A stretch of 51,909 bases of DNA, filler included, from Barthelona sp. PAP020 (Eukaryota), in assembly GCA_040182905.1 (NCBI GenBank). It is 2 parts of 2 records of this genome, joined end to end, with 100 filler letters (N's around TTAATTAATTAA, not from the genome) between each part and the next. Parts side by side here need not be neighbours in the genome. Positions count along the whole stretch, not along the records: positions 1 to 25,934 come from JARQWU010000141.1; 1 more part is not named here. One strand, given 5' to 3'. Shown in pieces: positions 1 to 10,870 of the stretch. The stretch's first letter is position 1; each line of letters starts with the position of its first letter. Under the pieces are notes generated by a model, which was not told the DNA's origin, ran no database searches, and saw only the letters and a program-made list of their open reading frames with translations. A program made the translations under genes and the position numbers.

Positions 1-130
1 CCCTCCCAAATCACAAATTCAAGATGTCCTTGACAACATGGACAACATACAAAAGGTTCCCCGCATGAGAGAAACCACATACGAAAGAGTAAAAGATGAA
101 AGTGATGAGGTCCAAAAGATGGAGCAGTAG
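1..130 (+). CDS. 3' end of a gene entering from the left edge (partial, product unknown)
   Basis: Frame 2 is open from the edge (PPKSQIQDVLDNMDNIQKVPRMRETTYERVKDESDEVQKMEQ) to TAG at 128-130, followed by an A-rich intergenic tract. Confidence 0.5.
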   Translation, partial: PPKSQIQDVLDNMDNIQKVPRMRETTYERVKDESDEVQKMEQ

Positions 131-281
131 TTGGAAGTCATTCAAAACATACATTCGGAAACTATATAATTCTTACTCTCTTTAAATCATCAGAACAGAA
201 AATTCTTTTAAAAAAAAGAAAATAAAAATAAAGAAACAAATAATAAATAAATACATCAATTTTTTACAACACTTTCAAATT

Positions 282-1154
282 TCAATCATCACCGGCAATT
301 TCTCTTTCAGCTTGGGCCTTTAGATCTCTCAAAGTACGTTTTCTTTCAATTGCAACTTCTTTGGCCTCTTCATAATCCTCTTCAGTGAAATCCTCTCCAT
401 CAACCGCCTTCAAATGAGGCAAGTAGGATAAAACCTTGATTCTCTGTTGTTCTGTCAAAGGTGAGGCTTCTTCTTCATCTTCCTCTTTAAACAAAGGATT
501 ACCAGTCAAAAAGATGCGTCTCAATTTCTTTAAACCCCTCAGTCGCTCAATTTCCTCCCAATTAGAAATAAAATTGTATCTCAGATCCAGGACCGATATG
601 TTAGACCAAATAGACACATCTTGTGGAATGGCAATACCAGTATTAACACAAAAAAAATGAGTTAAACCTCTTGGTAACCCTTCCAAAGATTTTAACTTGT
701 TGTGAGAAACATCAAAAACAGTTAACTCTGGTAAATCTAATCCTAACAAACTCTCTATATCGTTTTTACAAACAAAAAGTTTTTGAATTTTTGTAAACTT
801 GTTTAAAAGAGTAACATCATTGATATTACAATACTGAGCTCTTAATAATACTAATGAAGGAGCCTCAATACCCAAAAAACTTTCAAAAGTAGTAGTTTTA
901 CTGATATCTAATGATTCCAAATGATATAAATTACATTTGGGCAACTTAGTTATTTTACTATCTTTAATATTCAAAGAAACTAACAATTCTAAATTAGCTA
1001 ATTGATCAAATTCTTCTGCAACAGAAGAAGAAATATCAATTTGTAAAATTGAATCGTGAAATGTTGGTAATTTTGGGTTATTCGTATCCCTTATCTTTGC
1101 ATTTTGATAACTAACGGTATTGGTTGGCGTTAAACTAATCAAACTATAACGCAT
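282..1154 (-). CDS. Leucine-rich repeat protein (SDS22-like LRRs plus LRRcap), LRRC23-like, possibly axonemal
   Basis: LxxLxLxxNxI repeats; C-terminal LDLRYNFISNWEEIERLRGLKKLRRIFLTGNP...RIKVLSYLPHLKAVDG cap and acidic helix resemble LRRC23. Confidence 0.7.
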   Translation of the reverse strand: MRYSLISLTPTNTVSYQNAKIRDTNNPKLPTFHDSILQIDISSSVAEEFDQLANLELLVSLNIKDSKITKLPKCNLYHLESLDISKTTTFESFLGIEAPSLVLLRAQYCNINDVTLLNKFTKIQKLFVCKNDIESLLGLDLPELTVFDVSHNKLKSLEGLPRGLTHFFCVNTGIAIPQDVSIWSNISVLDLRYNFISNWEEIERLRGLKKLRRIFLTGNPLFKEEDEEEASPLTEQQRIKVLSYLPHLKAVDGEDFTEEDYEEAKEVAIERKRTLRDLKAQAEREIAGDD

Positions 1155-1308
1155 TTCAAAAAAAATATTTTTTGAAAATATAAATTCAACAATATTTATT
1201 TATTCAATAAATTTTACATATTTACTTTGTAATAATCCAAAAATGAACAAAAAAATATGAAATATGAGGAATTTGTTTTTTAAACAATTTGTCCAATTTT
1301 TTTTTATT

Positions 1309-2259
1309 ATGCAATCCATCAAAAATTTCTTTACATCTATTACAGATCCTGCAAAAATAGTAATTAATTTGGATAATGAAGAAGAAAAGCCAAAAGCACC
1401 ATTAAATCCTGATAATCCAGATATATTAGCTCCTATTTATTATGAAAAAGATATAATTTCTGGAAATATTACGATATTACCTTCTATTGATCTTGAACAT
1501 GAGGGTGTTAAAGTTGAATTAATAAGTGAGATTATTTATGATGAAGAAAAGAGCAAACCAAACCGTGTTTTACAAGCTCAAAAAGATTTATTAACAGCTG
1601 GAACTATGACAGAAGCTCAAACTTTTGAATTTGTTTTTCCAAAAGTTGATAAGCCCTATGAAACCTATCATGGACTACATGTTCAATTACGGTACTTCAT
1701 TAGAGTGACGATAACCAGAGCTTATAAACCAAAAATTGTTGAAGAAAAGGATTTTCTTGTTCATTTATTCAATAAAACAGAATTACCCCCTTCCGTACCT
1801 GTTAGAATGCAAGTTGGTATTGAAGACTTGGTACACATAGAATTTGTTTATGATAAGAGCCAATATTCTTTAAATGATGTGGTTTTGGGAGAAATTACAT
1901 TTGTATCTGTCAAGGTGGATATCGAGAATATGGAGATTTGGTTGATGAAGAGAGAGAAAATTACCGATTCCAATCAAGTTGATCGAACATATGGTGAGAC
2001 TATCTCCAAATTTGAGGTTATGGCTGGAACACCTGTATTTGGTGAAGTGGTTCCCATTAGAATGTATTTAACTCCACATGAGAAAAAATTGACTCCAACT
2101 ATGACCAATGTTAACGGTGTTTTTGATGTAAAGTACTTCTTAAACTTGCTAATTTTTGATAAAACTGCTGATGACAGATATTTCAGATCTCAGGAGATCG
2201 AGTTGTTTAGATTACCATCAAAAGACGAAACAGTAAAATCAACTTCCGATGAAAAATGA
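1309..2259 (+). CDS. VPS26: Retromer subunit VPS26
   Basis: LEHEGVKVEL, KPYETYHG..VQLRYF, PVRMQVGIEDLVHIEFVYDK, FEVMAGTPVFGEVVPIRMYL, RYFRSQEIELFR. Start set at the in-frame ATG 1309 after a T-tract. Confidence 0.95.
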   Translation: MQSIKNFFTSITDPAKIVINLDNEEEKPKAPLNPDNPDILAPIYYEKDIISGNITILPSIDLEHEGVKVELISEIIYDEEKSKPNRVLQAQKDLLTAGTMTEAQTFEFVFPKVDKPYETYHGLHVQLRYFIRVTITRAYKPKIVEEKDFLVHLFNKTELPPSVPVRMQVGIEDLVHIEFVYDKSQYSLNDVVLGEITFVSVKVDIENMEIWLMKREKITDSNQVDRTYGETISKFEVMAGTPVFGEVVPIRMYLTPHEKKLTPTMTNVNGVFDVKYFLNLLIFDKTADDRYFRSQEIELFRLPSKDETVKSTSDEK

Positions 2260-2787
2260 TTGCCAAGTGATTGATTGTTTTGTTTCCCAAATGAAAATAA
2301 AGTGTTGATACTCTTTTTATTTTTTGCTTTTTTTTTCTTGTTGTAAAATGTCCACCTTTTGAAGGAAGGAAGAAAACAAAGTGGAAGAAAGAGAAATCGA
2401 CAAATTTGGGGATTTTTTGAAAAATAACAAATAAACTATTTACAAAATCATGAATCCCAAAAAAATGTATTTGGATTTGTGATCAAAGCAGAAAAAAGTA
2501 AAATTTTTTTTCCCAATCGGTCACATATCGACATTTAAAATACACTTCTTAATGAAAATATCAATGAATTGGTATCACGATAAATAAAAGTCGAGAGGTC
2601 ATGTTAAAAGATTTAGAGAAGAAAATTCAAAAAATTGCTTCAATGAAGCACTCAATAAAAAAAATCTGCAAATGAGAATAAATGAAGAAAAGACAAAGTG
2701 ACAATGAGTAAATCTACAAGTTAAAAAAGAAACTATATGAAAAAAATGGTTGTGAACATTGTATGTTAATGTTCATTGACAAATAAA

Positions 2788-4012
2788 TTAATCAAAAAGA
2801 TCACTGTCACTATTTTCATAAACATCGCATACATCACTTTGTTCATCCATAAACGAATACATATTACCACCATTGGCCTCATTAACATCCACTAAATCCC
2901 AACATGTATCGATAATCCAATTATACTCCTCTTCATGAATAAATATACCTGCAGCCACTAATTTTCTAATGATTTGGGGATCAATATTCATAGATATGAG
3001 ATTCGATAACACAAAACATCCATTCTTTGATAATTCGACAAGGTTTGATTGATGGACAGGGTCATAAGAAAAAACTATTGGACATATCCTAATAGCGTCA
3101 TTGGAACTTTTTCCCCATGCCATTTGGGTCCTGTCTGGTGAAACAGCTAAAGAAAAAAACGCATGTTCACAACCAGAAAAGACCTTTTGAATCTCTTGAA
3201 AGGTTTCAATATTGAATGACGTAAGATAACCATCTCCAGACATAACAAGTAAGATAGTTGATGTGGGAAAATTAAGGGAATACACTTGACCTCCCATGTT
3301 GTATGTATGCATGAGTGACCCATCGTCCCAATTCCAAAGTTTAACTTTGTTTGATTCATCACCAACGGCAATAATTCTTTTGGTTGGATGGAAGTTTAAG
3401 GCTGAAATACTGGCATCATGATCAAATGTGTGAACAACAGTGAAAATATCAGTGTTAACTAACTTAGCAGTTCTATCACCACTGCCAGATAACAAATATT
3501 TACCATCTGACGACAGCTTTACACGCCAAATCCAGCTGGAATGAACTCTCTCTTCCAAAACAACATCACCACCATTTATATCCCTTTTCAACAAAGTTAT
3601 CTTCACCCCCAGAATATATATAATTGGAGCATGATGAAAAATAAATGTCATAAACAACATAATGATCGCTCAAAGTACGCAAAATTGAAAAATCTGGAAG
3701 GCTGTATATGATAATATTACAATCAGCAGAACAAGTTGCCAACTTTTGTCCATCTGCTGAAATAGCAAGCCCATAAACACCATCTGTATGATCATTCAAA
3801 GTGCGAATCAGTTTTTGGGTTTTCACATCAATTATATATACTTCTTTATAAGTGCTTATCACCAAATATCTACCATCTGAGAAATATTCACAATCGAACA
3901 TGTTCGCAGAAAGTATATTTTCAATTTCCTTAACACTGCTTTCATCAATCATTAAAATGAGCTCGTCGTAAATACTTTTCCGCATCAAATCACTATTTGA
4001 CCCAACAGACAT
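2788..4012 (-). pseudogene. WD40-repeat family member with one frameshift (~3585); pseudogene or sequence error
   Basis: ORFs 3566..4216 (from MSVGSN, ATG 4012) and 2788..3660 are the two halves of a protein colinear with the intact paralog at 40382-41596; the frame switches at YSGGEDNFVE/KRDING. Confidence 0.8.
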
Positions 4013-4224
4013 AAAAACTCTCAGTAATAATTTAAAACTATTCCTGATCCAATTAAAACATTCTGACAAAAAAGAAAATGAAAGAAATTTTATCCTTCCA
4101 ATTTCTTTAATTAATCTTGGGAAAACAATGAATAAAACTTTAAATTTTTCCAAAAGATGAACGAAAAAATAATGAACTAATTTACTAACTACAAAAAAAA
4201 GCAACCAAAAAAACAACTATAAAA

Positions 4225-5652
4225 TCACCAATGGAAGCGTATAAAATCCTCATTTTCAATTTTGTGCTCCATTATAAATTTCACAACCTTTTCTTTTTCA
4301 TTTTGAACAAAAGTCATTTGGTTTGATGTAAGCCACAAATCAAGATTCAAATCTCGCATCAATGTTCCAACCTTAACCAATTGGTTAAATTTCAACAAAC
4401 AACTACTCCCAAATACCTTTTCTTGATGCAAATGTTGAAACAATTGAACAAAATCTGGAGGAATGATTAAATCATCGTTATCGTTATGCAGATCATCAAC
4501 ATAATCGCCTTCAAATGTTCCTATTGGTGTGACACCACTTGGGTTATTAGGGGCATCAACATCTGCTCCTGGATCAGACAAAGCACTTGAAGGAATCACC
4601 TGTTCAGCAGTGGGGTCAAATGGTTCAGCATCCAACATCCAAGCAAAATTCCCAAAACGATTTTGAGGTGTTTGTGATGTCTGAGGTGAACCACTTGCTG
4701 ATGACTTTGATATTTCTTCATAAACACATTCTTTCGACGGCGTTGCCAACCTTTCCAAAATAACATCATTATTGGAATCAATGGGTGCCTTTGCGGGTGT
4801 ATTTGTTCCGGGCTCAATCAATTCATAATGCAAAGGTATTGCAGGATCATGCATTTCTGGGCCTGGTGATTGCCTCGGTAATTCTCCCAAAGAAATGACG
4901 TCCAAACTTTGTCGCATTAATGCTTTAGGGACGTAATTGACAAGACTATCGAGTAAATCATCAGAGAATAGATTATCTCGTTCAGAAACAGTGTTACAAG
5001 TACAAACACGTGATCGAGCGAATTCAAACCTATGAAATGTTAAAATATGACCCGCAGGTGTGATTTGCAAAAGTTTACTGGTGTATATGGGCTGCCACAA
5101 GACAGAGAACCAACTCTTTTCTAAATCTAAGGACGAACTATATCCTTCCATTAAAAAAGGACAATACTTAGCCTGTTGTTTGATTGTGTCAATGAAAGGC
5201 AGCCTCTGAAAAAAAGGTTTAATTGCATTGTAAGAAGAAATACAAACTGATTCTTTTGAAGATGCATCAAATTCAAAATCATCCGGCAAAAGATCTTTGA
5301 TGAAAATCAATTCATCACTTTTAACAAAAATTTCAAAACCTGAAAGAAGTGGTAAAAATGCAAAATGTCTTTGAGCATCTAAAAAATTAAAAGGTATTGG
5401 TACACCCATTGGTTGATCAAAAAAATCCCATAAAGATCTTAATGAAAACTCAGCTTGTTCACGTGAAGTAGAACAATGACACAAACAACAATTCGAAAGA
5501 GATGTTGATCTAGGTCTTTCAGAAGGTGATTTTGTTACATTAGGAACAGATCCTCGTCGTTGTTGTGTAATATTTCTGCTATCTTTCATAATTCCCGGAA
5601 CAACCGGAGCTGTTTGTGATATAAACGTAGAAAAGTTCGAAACTTCTTGCAT
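4225..5652 (-). CDS. DUF789-like protein
   Basis: FSLRSLWDFF..MGVPI..FLPLLSGFEIF, PFFQRLPFIDTI, SWFSVLWQPIY, ILTFH and C-terminal EDFIRF parallel the plant DUF789 motifs as recalled (LxDLWE..GVPL..YVPYLSAIQ, SWxSVAWYPIY, FLTYH, HPDF). Confidence 0.7.
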   Translation of the reverse strand: MQEVSNFSTFISQTAPVVPGIMKDSRNITQQRRGSVPNVTKSPSERPRSTSLSNCCLCHCSTSREQAEFSLRSLWDFFDQPMGVPIPFNFLDAQRHFAFLPLLSGFEIFVKSDELIFIKDLLPDDFEFDASSKESVCISSYNAIKPFFQRLPFIDTIKQQAKYCPFLMEGYSSSLDLEKSWFSVLWQPIYTSKLLQITPAGHILTFHRFEFARSRVCTCNTVSERDNLFSDDLLDSLVNYVPKALMRQSLDVISLGELPRQSPGPEMHDPAIPLHYELIEPGTNTPAKAPIDSNNDVILERLATPSKECVYEEISKSSASGSPQTSQTPQNRFGNFAWMLDAEPFDPTAEQVIPSSALSDPGADVDAPNNPSGVTPIGTFEGDYVDDLHNDNDDLIIPPDFVQLFQHLHQEKVFGSSCLLKFNQLVKVGTLMRDLNLDLWLTSNQMTFVQNEKEKVVKFIMEHKIENEDFIRFHW

Positions 5653-5826
5653 ATATCAATATTATCCACTATAAATAAGATTATACAAATATATGTGTCA
5701 AAAAGAGTAATTGAAATTTTTTTTTTTACATCAAAAGATATTTTTCAATGAAATATTCTGTGACAAAGATAAATCAATTAAATCATTAATAACAAAAGAA
5801 TTTCTATTTATTTATTTGCTACCGAA

Positions 5827-6524
5827 TTAAAAATCATCATCCATATCAGGAAGTTCAGCTTCATCAGCTTCATTGTAACCTTTTTGAAGATTAGCAACTT
5901 GTTCATCAGTGAGTTCAACTCCAGAAGGCAATAAAGCGTGTTCATCCAAAATTTCAAGATCATCCTTTCCAGTCAACTTGGTTAACAAGTATTTGAAAGG
6001 CTTTTCAAAGTTATAATTAGTCTTTGCAGAGACTTCAAAATATTGAATCATCTTTCTTAAATGGAAGGTAACTTGTCTCATTTGAACTTTTCTGTCAGTA
6101 ATATCGAATTTGTTTCCAACTAAAACCATAGGAATAGATTCAGTGGTAATACGAGTAAGATTATCCCACCAAGTGTGAATGTTATTATAAGATTCCTTTG
6201 AAGTAAGATCAAACATAAGAATGGCGCAATCAGCGTTGACATAATAAGCAGTACGAATACCGCCAAAGTATTCTTGACCAGCAGTGTCCCAAACTTGGAA
6301 GGCAATTTTACCATAATTTGTCTGGAAATACAATGTACGAATGTTAACACCAGAAGTGGCTAAATATTAGTTATTATAATTTTAAAAATATATATACCAT
6401 AATATTGCTTTTCAAAATAACCAGTACGATGACGTTTAACAAAGGTTGTCTTTCCAACACCACCATCACCAACAAGGACTAATTTAAATGTTTTGACAAC
6501 GTCTGAATGAACTTCTTCTGTCAT
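5827..6524 (-). CDS. RAN: Ran GTPase, two exons (6524-6398 and 6359-5827), 219 aa
   Basis: Exon 1 [32 protein letters not shown]; exon 2 [23 protein letters not shown] and acidic tail LPDMDDDF. Removing GT..AG intron 6360-6397 restores a 660-nt frame. Confidence 0.95.
6360..6397 (-). other. 38-nt spliceosomal intron in Ran
   Basis: GTATATATATTTTTAAAATTATAATAACTAATATTTAG; phase 1, splits codon G|CC (Ala). Confidence 0.9.
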
Positions 6525-6974
6525 GATACCAAAAAAAACACGAAAAAAAAAAAGAAAAAATCAAAGTTTACTTCAAATCAAAATTCTTCTGTTTTTTTTT
6601 TTCTTCTCTTATTAAAGCGTATTAATGAAAAGAATAAATAATAAAGAGTTTTTAAACAAAAAAATTTTGTAAGTTTTTTGAAATCACTTTCAAATAAAGA
6701 ATTAAATTTGTAAAAATAAATGAAAACACTCTCATTAATGAAATTATTAACAAATACAAATGAAAAGTCTGAAATTACCTACAACAGTTTTTTCTTTCTT
6801 TATTTTAATGACATAATTAAGAAGAGCAATAAAAATAAAGTAATATAAAACAATAAAACAAACAAAACAACAGAATATTTAAAATAAAAGGGATATTTTC
6901 ACAAGAAAATGAATGTGTTGAAATAATTTTTTTTTCTCAATATTTTATTCTATGAAAAATATTTCATTGATCAT

Positions 6975-9578
6975 ATGACTGATGGAGAAACGTTTTGGTT
7001 CAAACAATTTATCGATGATTGTCAAATTTTGAAGGAGAAAGATACTCAAATTAACATTGAATTACCATTTTTTAAGTTTAATGACAAGAATAAAAAGATC
7101 AAAAATACATATAATGCATTTAAAAAGCTAATTTTACACAAATATTCCTTATTTTTTAGTGTTATTTTTTTCTTTCTCAGTTTCTTTTCAATATTTTCAA
7201 ATTTTGACCATATATTTTTATTAATAATCACTCTTACTGTATTAATCACATGTATTATTACACGTAAATACTTTGTATCTCCAATATATTCTTATATCTT
7301 ATTTGGCTCAATGATTTCATTTTTGTTGTTTATTTATTTTAATTTTTCCAATATGAAAATGTTTTATTTGAGTTTATTTAGTTTTAATATGCTTATGTTC
7401 TACATACCTCTTTCAACACCATTTACATTGATTCCTTTTGTGTTGCTTATAGTTATTTCAGCTTTTATGGCTAATTTTGAAATTGATTTGATAATTATAT
7501 TTGTTTTCAACTTTCTTTCTTTCTTTTATTATGGAGCATTTCATTTTCGTTCATTATACGTATTTGCAAATGAAGTAGCTTTACGTAGAAACATCGTGGA
7601 CACTACATATCAATCGTTGAATGTTTTGAAGCAAAGAGTTTCTTCAGATGATTTCGGTGTTGATGTGGAGTATCATTCAAATGTCATACTCTTGTTATTT
7701 TACGTTAAGCCTACGGTTGCTCACCCTTTTTATTACTCAAAATTGGTCAATCTTATTTTAAACCTCGCAACTGAGACTTTTGTTCATCCAATTCATTTTG
7801 GGAATTTGAAATTTGCTTGCTATGTAAGCGCAGATTTACTTGATGCCGAAAAGAGAGCTATTTATTCATTATTTATGATATTCAGAGATGTCTTCAAGTT
7901 AGATCTAGAAATCACGGCCACAGTAGTTTCTGGGGAATTGACAACAATACATTATGGTGGTGGAAACATACACATCTTTGGAAATTCGGTTGAAGATGCA
8001 TTAGCAAATGTGTATCTGCTCAATAACCTACCCGATGTAAACATTGCCATTCCCACAGAAATGTTAAAAGCCGCTGATTTGGACATGTTGTTGACCTTTC
8101 AATCGGCTTCATCACCACCCAATCTTTGCTTATTGCCGAAAACCCCATCAATTTTCACGTTAGTGTTGATGAGTCGGAGTCAATTCACACAACTTGAACC
8201 TTCTCCGTTGATTATGGGGTATTTGGAGCGTTTGGTATTTGAATCTCCTTTAACTAAAGCTCATCATAATAAACCTAGCGTTGAATCAAGTGTTAAAACT
8301 TGGTTATTGCCAATAAACACCGCTGAATACAATTTTCCGAATGTTTTTAAAAAGTTTGAAAGTGTTGGCAAGCTCAATGTGTTTTTGGGAATTGGAGTTC
8401 TTGGAAGTATATTTTATTTATCAATGCTGATTGAAACTTCACTTGTTTTTTCCAGTATTGACAATATTGATGCAGTTATTTTTTTCAATTTGTTTGCTTT
8501 TTTCCTCAACTTTATATTTTTAGTTGTTTTGCTTATTGTTTACAATAAATTAATATATATTCAACCCTATTTGGTTATGATTAACAGAATTCTAATGTTC
8601 ATGTTATCCATTTTAAATATTTTTTGGTTAAAAACACCAAATTTCTCTTTTATTCCCATCATATACTATCTTCAATTTGTTTTGAAGTGTAATATGGATA
8701 TTTTTTTGACTTTTTTTTATTTTATTTTTTGCCTGCTTTTTTTGCCTGCTTCAAAAAAATTATTTTTTACAGATTTCTTTTTAGAAACAATTGTAACCAT
8801 ATTATTCATACTTTTAAAATATTTTATGGATGAACAGCTTGAAAACACAAAAAAACATATCACTGCCACAAACAGTGAAATTTATGACAATAAAATTGCT
8901 GCAAAGAATATTCTCATGCAACACTTTTCAGAATGTACTGCTCAAGCAATGTTTGAATTGGAAAGTTTCTCTCAAAATCAAGATTGTATCTCCAGAATGG
9001 TCGGAATTGTCATCAATGTGAGTTTGTATTCTAAGAGTCAATTGACTTCATTTGACCTTGAATCAATGCCATACATATTGAGTAGCTTAAATGAGCTACT
9101 ACAGCAAACATGTGAAGTCAAGCCCACACCCACGATGAATGGCTTTTTGCTGACCATTCAAACTTATTCTTGGGAGACTTTTGTTCCTGGACAAAGTGAT
9201 CAAGATCAAGTCACGTTTTTGGAGAATATGTATACGGTTCACAGTGTTTGTGGTGAAACTATCAATCGTTTAATGCCTGCTCTAAGAAGATGGCAATCTC
9301 AACATCCATATTTCTTTGTTTGTGCTGCTTTTGACCGTGATTGGATAACTTCTTGTATATATCATAATGGGTTGGGAGGATTGATGAGTTCTTTATGTGG
9401 TGAAGCCGTTGACAATGTGATGCAATTGTCCATGGGTGTCAGTACCATAACTGAAGACCCTGTGACCGTTGTGATTAGTGAAAATTTACACGAAAGTATG
9501 GTCAGTTATGCATCTTCTATTCCTCCTTTTGAATTGATACATCTTCCCTTTGAAACAAATGCATATATAACGGTGTAA
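6975..9578 (+). CDS. Multi-pass membrane protein with TM-cluster/cytosolic/TM-cluster/cytosolic layout; degenerate class III nucleotidyl-cyclase-like
   Basis: Two hydrophobic blocks of about six helices, each followed by a soluble domain; ATVVSGELTTIHYGGGNIHIFGNSVEDA and SLCGEAVDNV echo the cyclase GIHSGxVxxGxxG..YDVWGxTVNxA motif. Confidence 0.5.
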   Translation: MTDGETFWFKQFIDDCQILKEKDTQINIELPFFKFNDKNKKIKNTYNAFKKLILHKYSLFFSVIFFFLSFFSIFSNFDHIFLLIITLTVLITCIITRKYFVSPIYSYILFGSMISFLLFIYFNFSNMKMFYLSLFSFNMLMFYIPLSTPFTLIPFVLLIVISAFMANFEIDLIIIFVFNFLSFFYYGAFHFRSLYVFANEVALRRNIVDTTYQSLNVLKQRVSSDDFGVDVEYHSNVILLLFYVKPTVAHPFYYSKLVNLILNLATETFVHPIHFGNLKFACYVSADLLDAEKRAIYSLFMIFRDVFKLDLEITATVVSGELTTIHYGGGNIHIFGNSVEDALANVYLLNNLPDVNIAIPTEMLKAADLDMLLTFQSASSPPNLCLLPKTPSIFTLVLMSRSQFTQLEPSPLIMGYLERLVFESPLTKAHHNKPSVESSVKTWLLPINTAEYNFPNVFKKFESVGKLNVFLGIGVLGSIFYLSMLIETSLVFSSIDNIDAVIFFNLFAFFLNFIFLVVLLIVYNKLIYIQPYLVMINRILMFMLSILNIFWLKTPNFSFIPIIYYLQFVLKCNMDIFLTFFYFIFCLLFLPASKKLFFTDFFLETIVTILFILLKYFMDEQLENTKKHITATNSEIYDNKIAAKNILMQHFSECTAQAMFELESFSQNQDCISRMVGIVINVSLYSKSQLTSFDLESMPYILSSLNELLQQTCEVKPTPTMNGFLLTIQTYSWETFVPGQSDQDQVTFLENMYTVHSVCGETINRLMPALRRWQSQHPYFFVCAAFDRDWITSCIYHNGLGGLMSSLCGEAVDNVMQLSMGVSTITEDPVTVVISENLHESMVSYASSIPPFELIHLPFETNAYITV

Positions 9579-9930
9579 TATGATAAGGATATTCATTTGT
9601 AAATTAATCCCTTTTTTTTAAAAAAACGTGAAGAAAATGTCAAGTTCAATGTTTGAGTTTCCATAATAATTTTTTTTCATCTCTCTGTCTGTCTCTTTTC
9701 TTATCCCTCTTCAAAATCTCATTGAATTGGTATAAAATTAAATTAAATAAATATTGAAAAAATCACACATTGCAAAAGAGAAACTTTACTACTGGTTAAA
9801 TAGCTCATCAAAGTGAAAAAAAAAAAACATGTTTCTTTATAAAAATAACTTCACAATCAAATTTTAGTTCAAAAAAAATACAGTTAATTTACCCTTCTAT
9901 TGACAAATCCATAAATGTTACAAGCTACAT

Positions 9931-10584
9931 CTACATCATAGCAAGTAAATCATTTGCTTTAGACTTTGTAGAAACATTTTTGGTAGGTTGAGTTTCAATT
10001 GGCTCCAAATCAATACCAGTTGTAGGAACATCAAAGGTTTCATTGTTTAACAACAATGTAGCTTCTTGAGCTTCTAATTGATCCAATTCATCCAACAATT
10101 CGTCTTCATCCATTACTCCCATACCAGACAAATCTTCATTCAAAACTTCTTCCATTTCTTCTTGTTGATCTAACATCTCTTGCATCTCTTCTTGAACTCT
10201 AATAACTTCGTCCACATTAACTTGAGCTGCAGTTTGTTTTTGGAAGGCATTAAACTGCTTCATAACTCCAATATAGTCATTGTTGATGTTAGCATCTTGT
10301 AGTTTAGCCTTCATGAAGGTCAGATTTTGTAACTTTGAATTTAAACCAGTCATTGTTTTTTGTTTCAATTTCATCATGTGTAAATGGGTTTTGGCTCCAA
10401 CCATATCGCCTCTCTTTTTGCATGCCAAAGCTTGTCTACGTTCATTTTCAATTGCAGCTTGAGTAATTTCAATATGTTCAGACATTTTTCCAACTTGTTC
10501 TGCAACAGAAGAATGAACTTCTTCTGCAGAAATAGTTTGTACTTTCTGTCTAACAGGTTTGCTTTTTCCAAATCCAAAAACCAT
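9931..10584 (-). CDS. ESCRT-III Snf7/Vps32 (CHMP4)-family protein
   Basis: Basic N-terminal helical half (AKTHLHMMKLKQK), acidic C-half (VNVDEV..EEMQEMLD..DEDELLDELDQLE, VPT). Start set at MVFGFGK (10584). Confidence 0.85.
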   Translation of the reverse strand: MVFGFGKSKPVRQKVQTISAEEVHSSVAEQVGKMSEHIEITQAAIENERRQALACKKRGDMVGAKTHLHMMKLKQKTMTGLNSKLQNLTFMKAKLQDANINNDYIGVMKQFNAFQKQTAAQVNVDEVIRVQEEMQEMLDQQEEMEEVLNEDLSGMGVMDEDELLDELDQLEAQEATLLLNNETFDVPTTGIDLEPIETQPTKNVSTKSKANDLLAMM

Positions 10585-10870
10585 TCTAAAAAAAAAGGTT
10601 GTTAATTTTATCCTCTCCTTTTTTTTTTGTGTTTCCCAGCGATTCATTAATTCCTTCTTTTATTCATATTTTTTATCAATGTAAACCTTCTTTTTACCAT
10701 TGTTCTTTAATTTTTAGCTCCCATTCTATTTTTTTAAAAAAACCTTAATTGGTTTTTTATCTATTTATAACGGAAATAAAACTTTTTTGAAATGATTTTT
10801 AATGATATACCAAAAAAATGTTGAGATTAAATTGAGGGAATCAAAAAAATATTTTGTTTGTTTTGTTATC

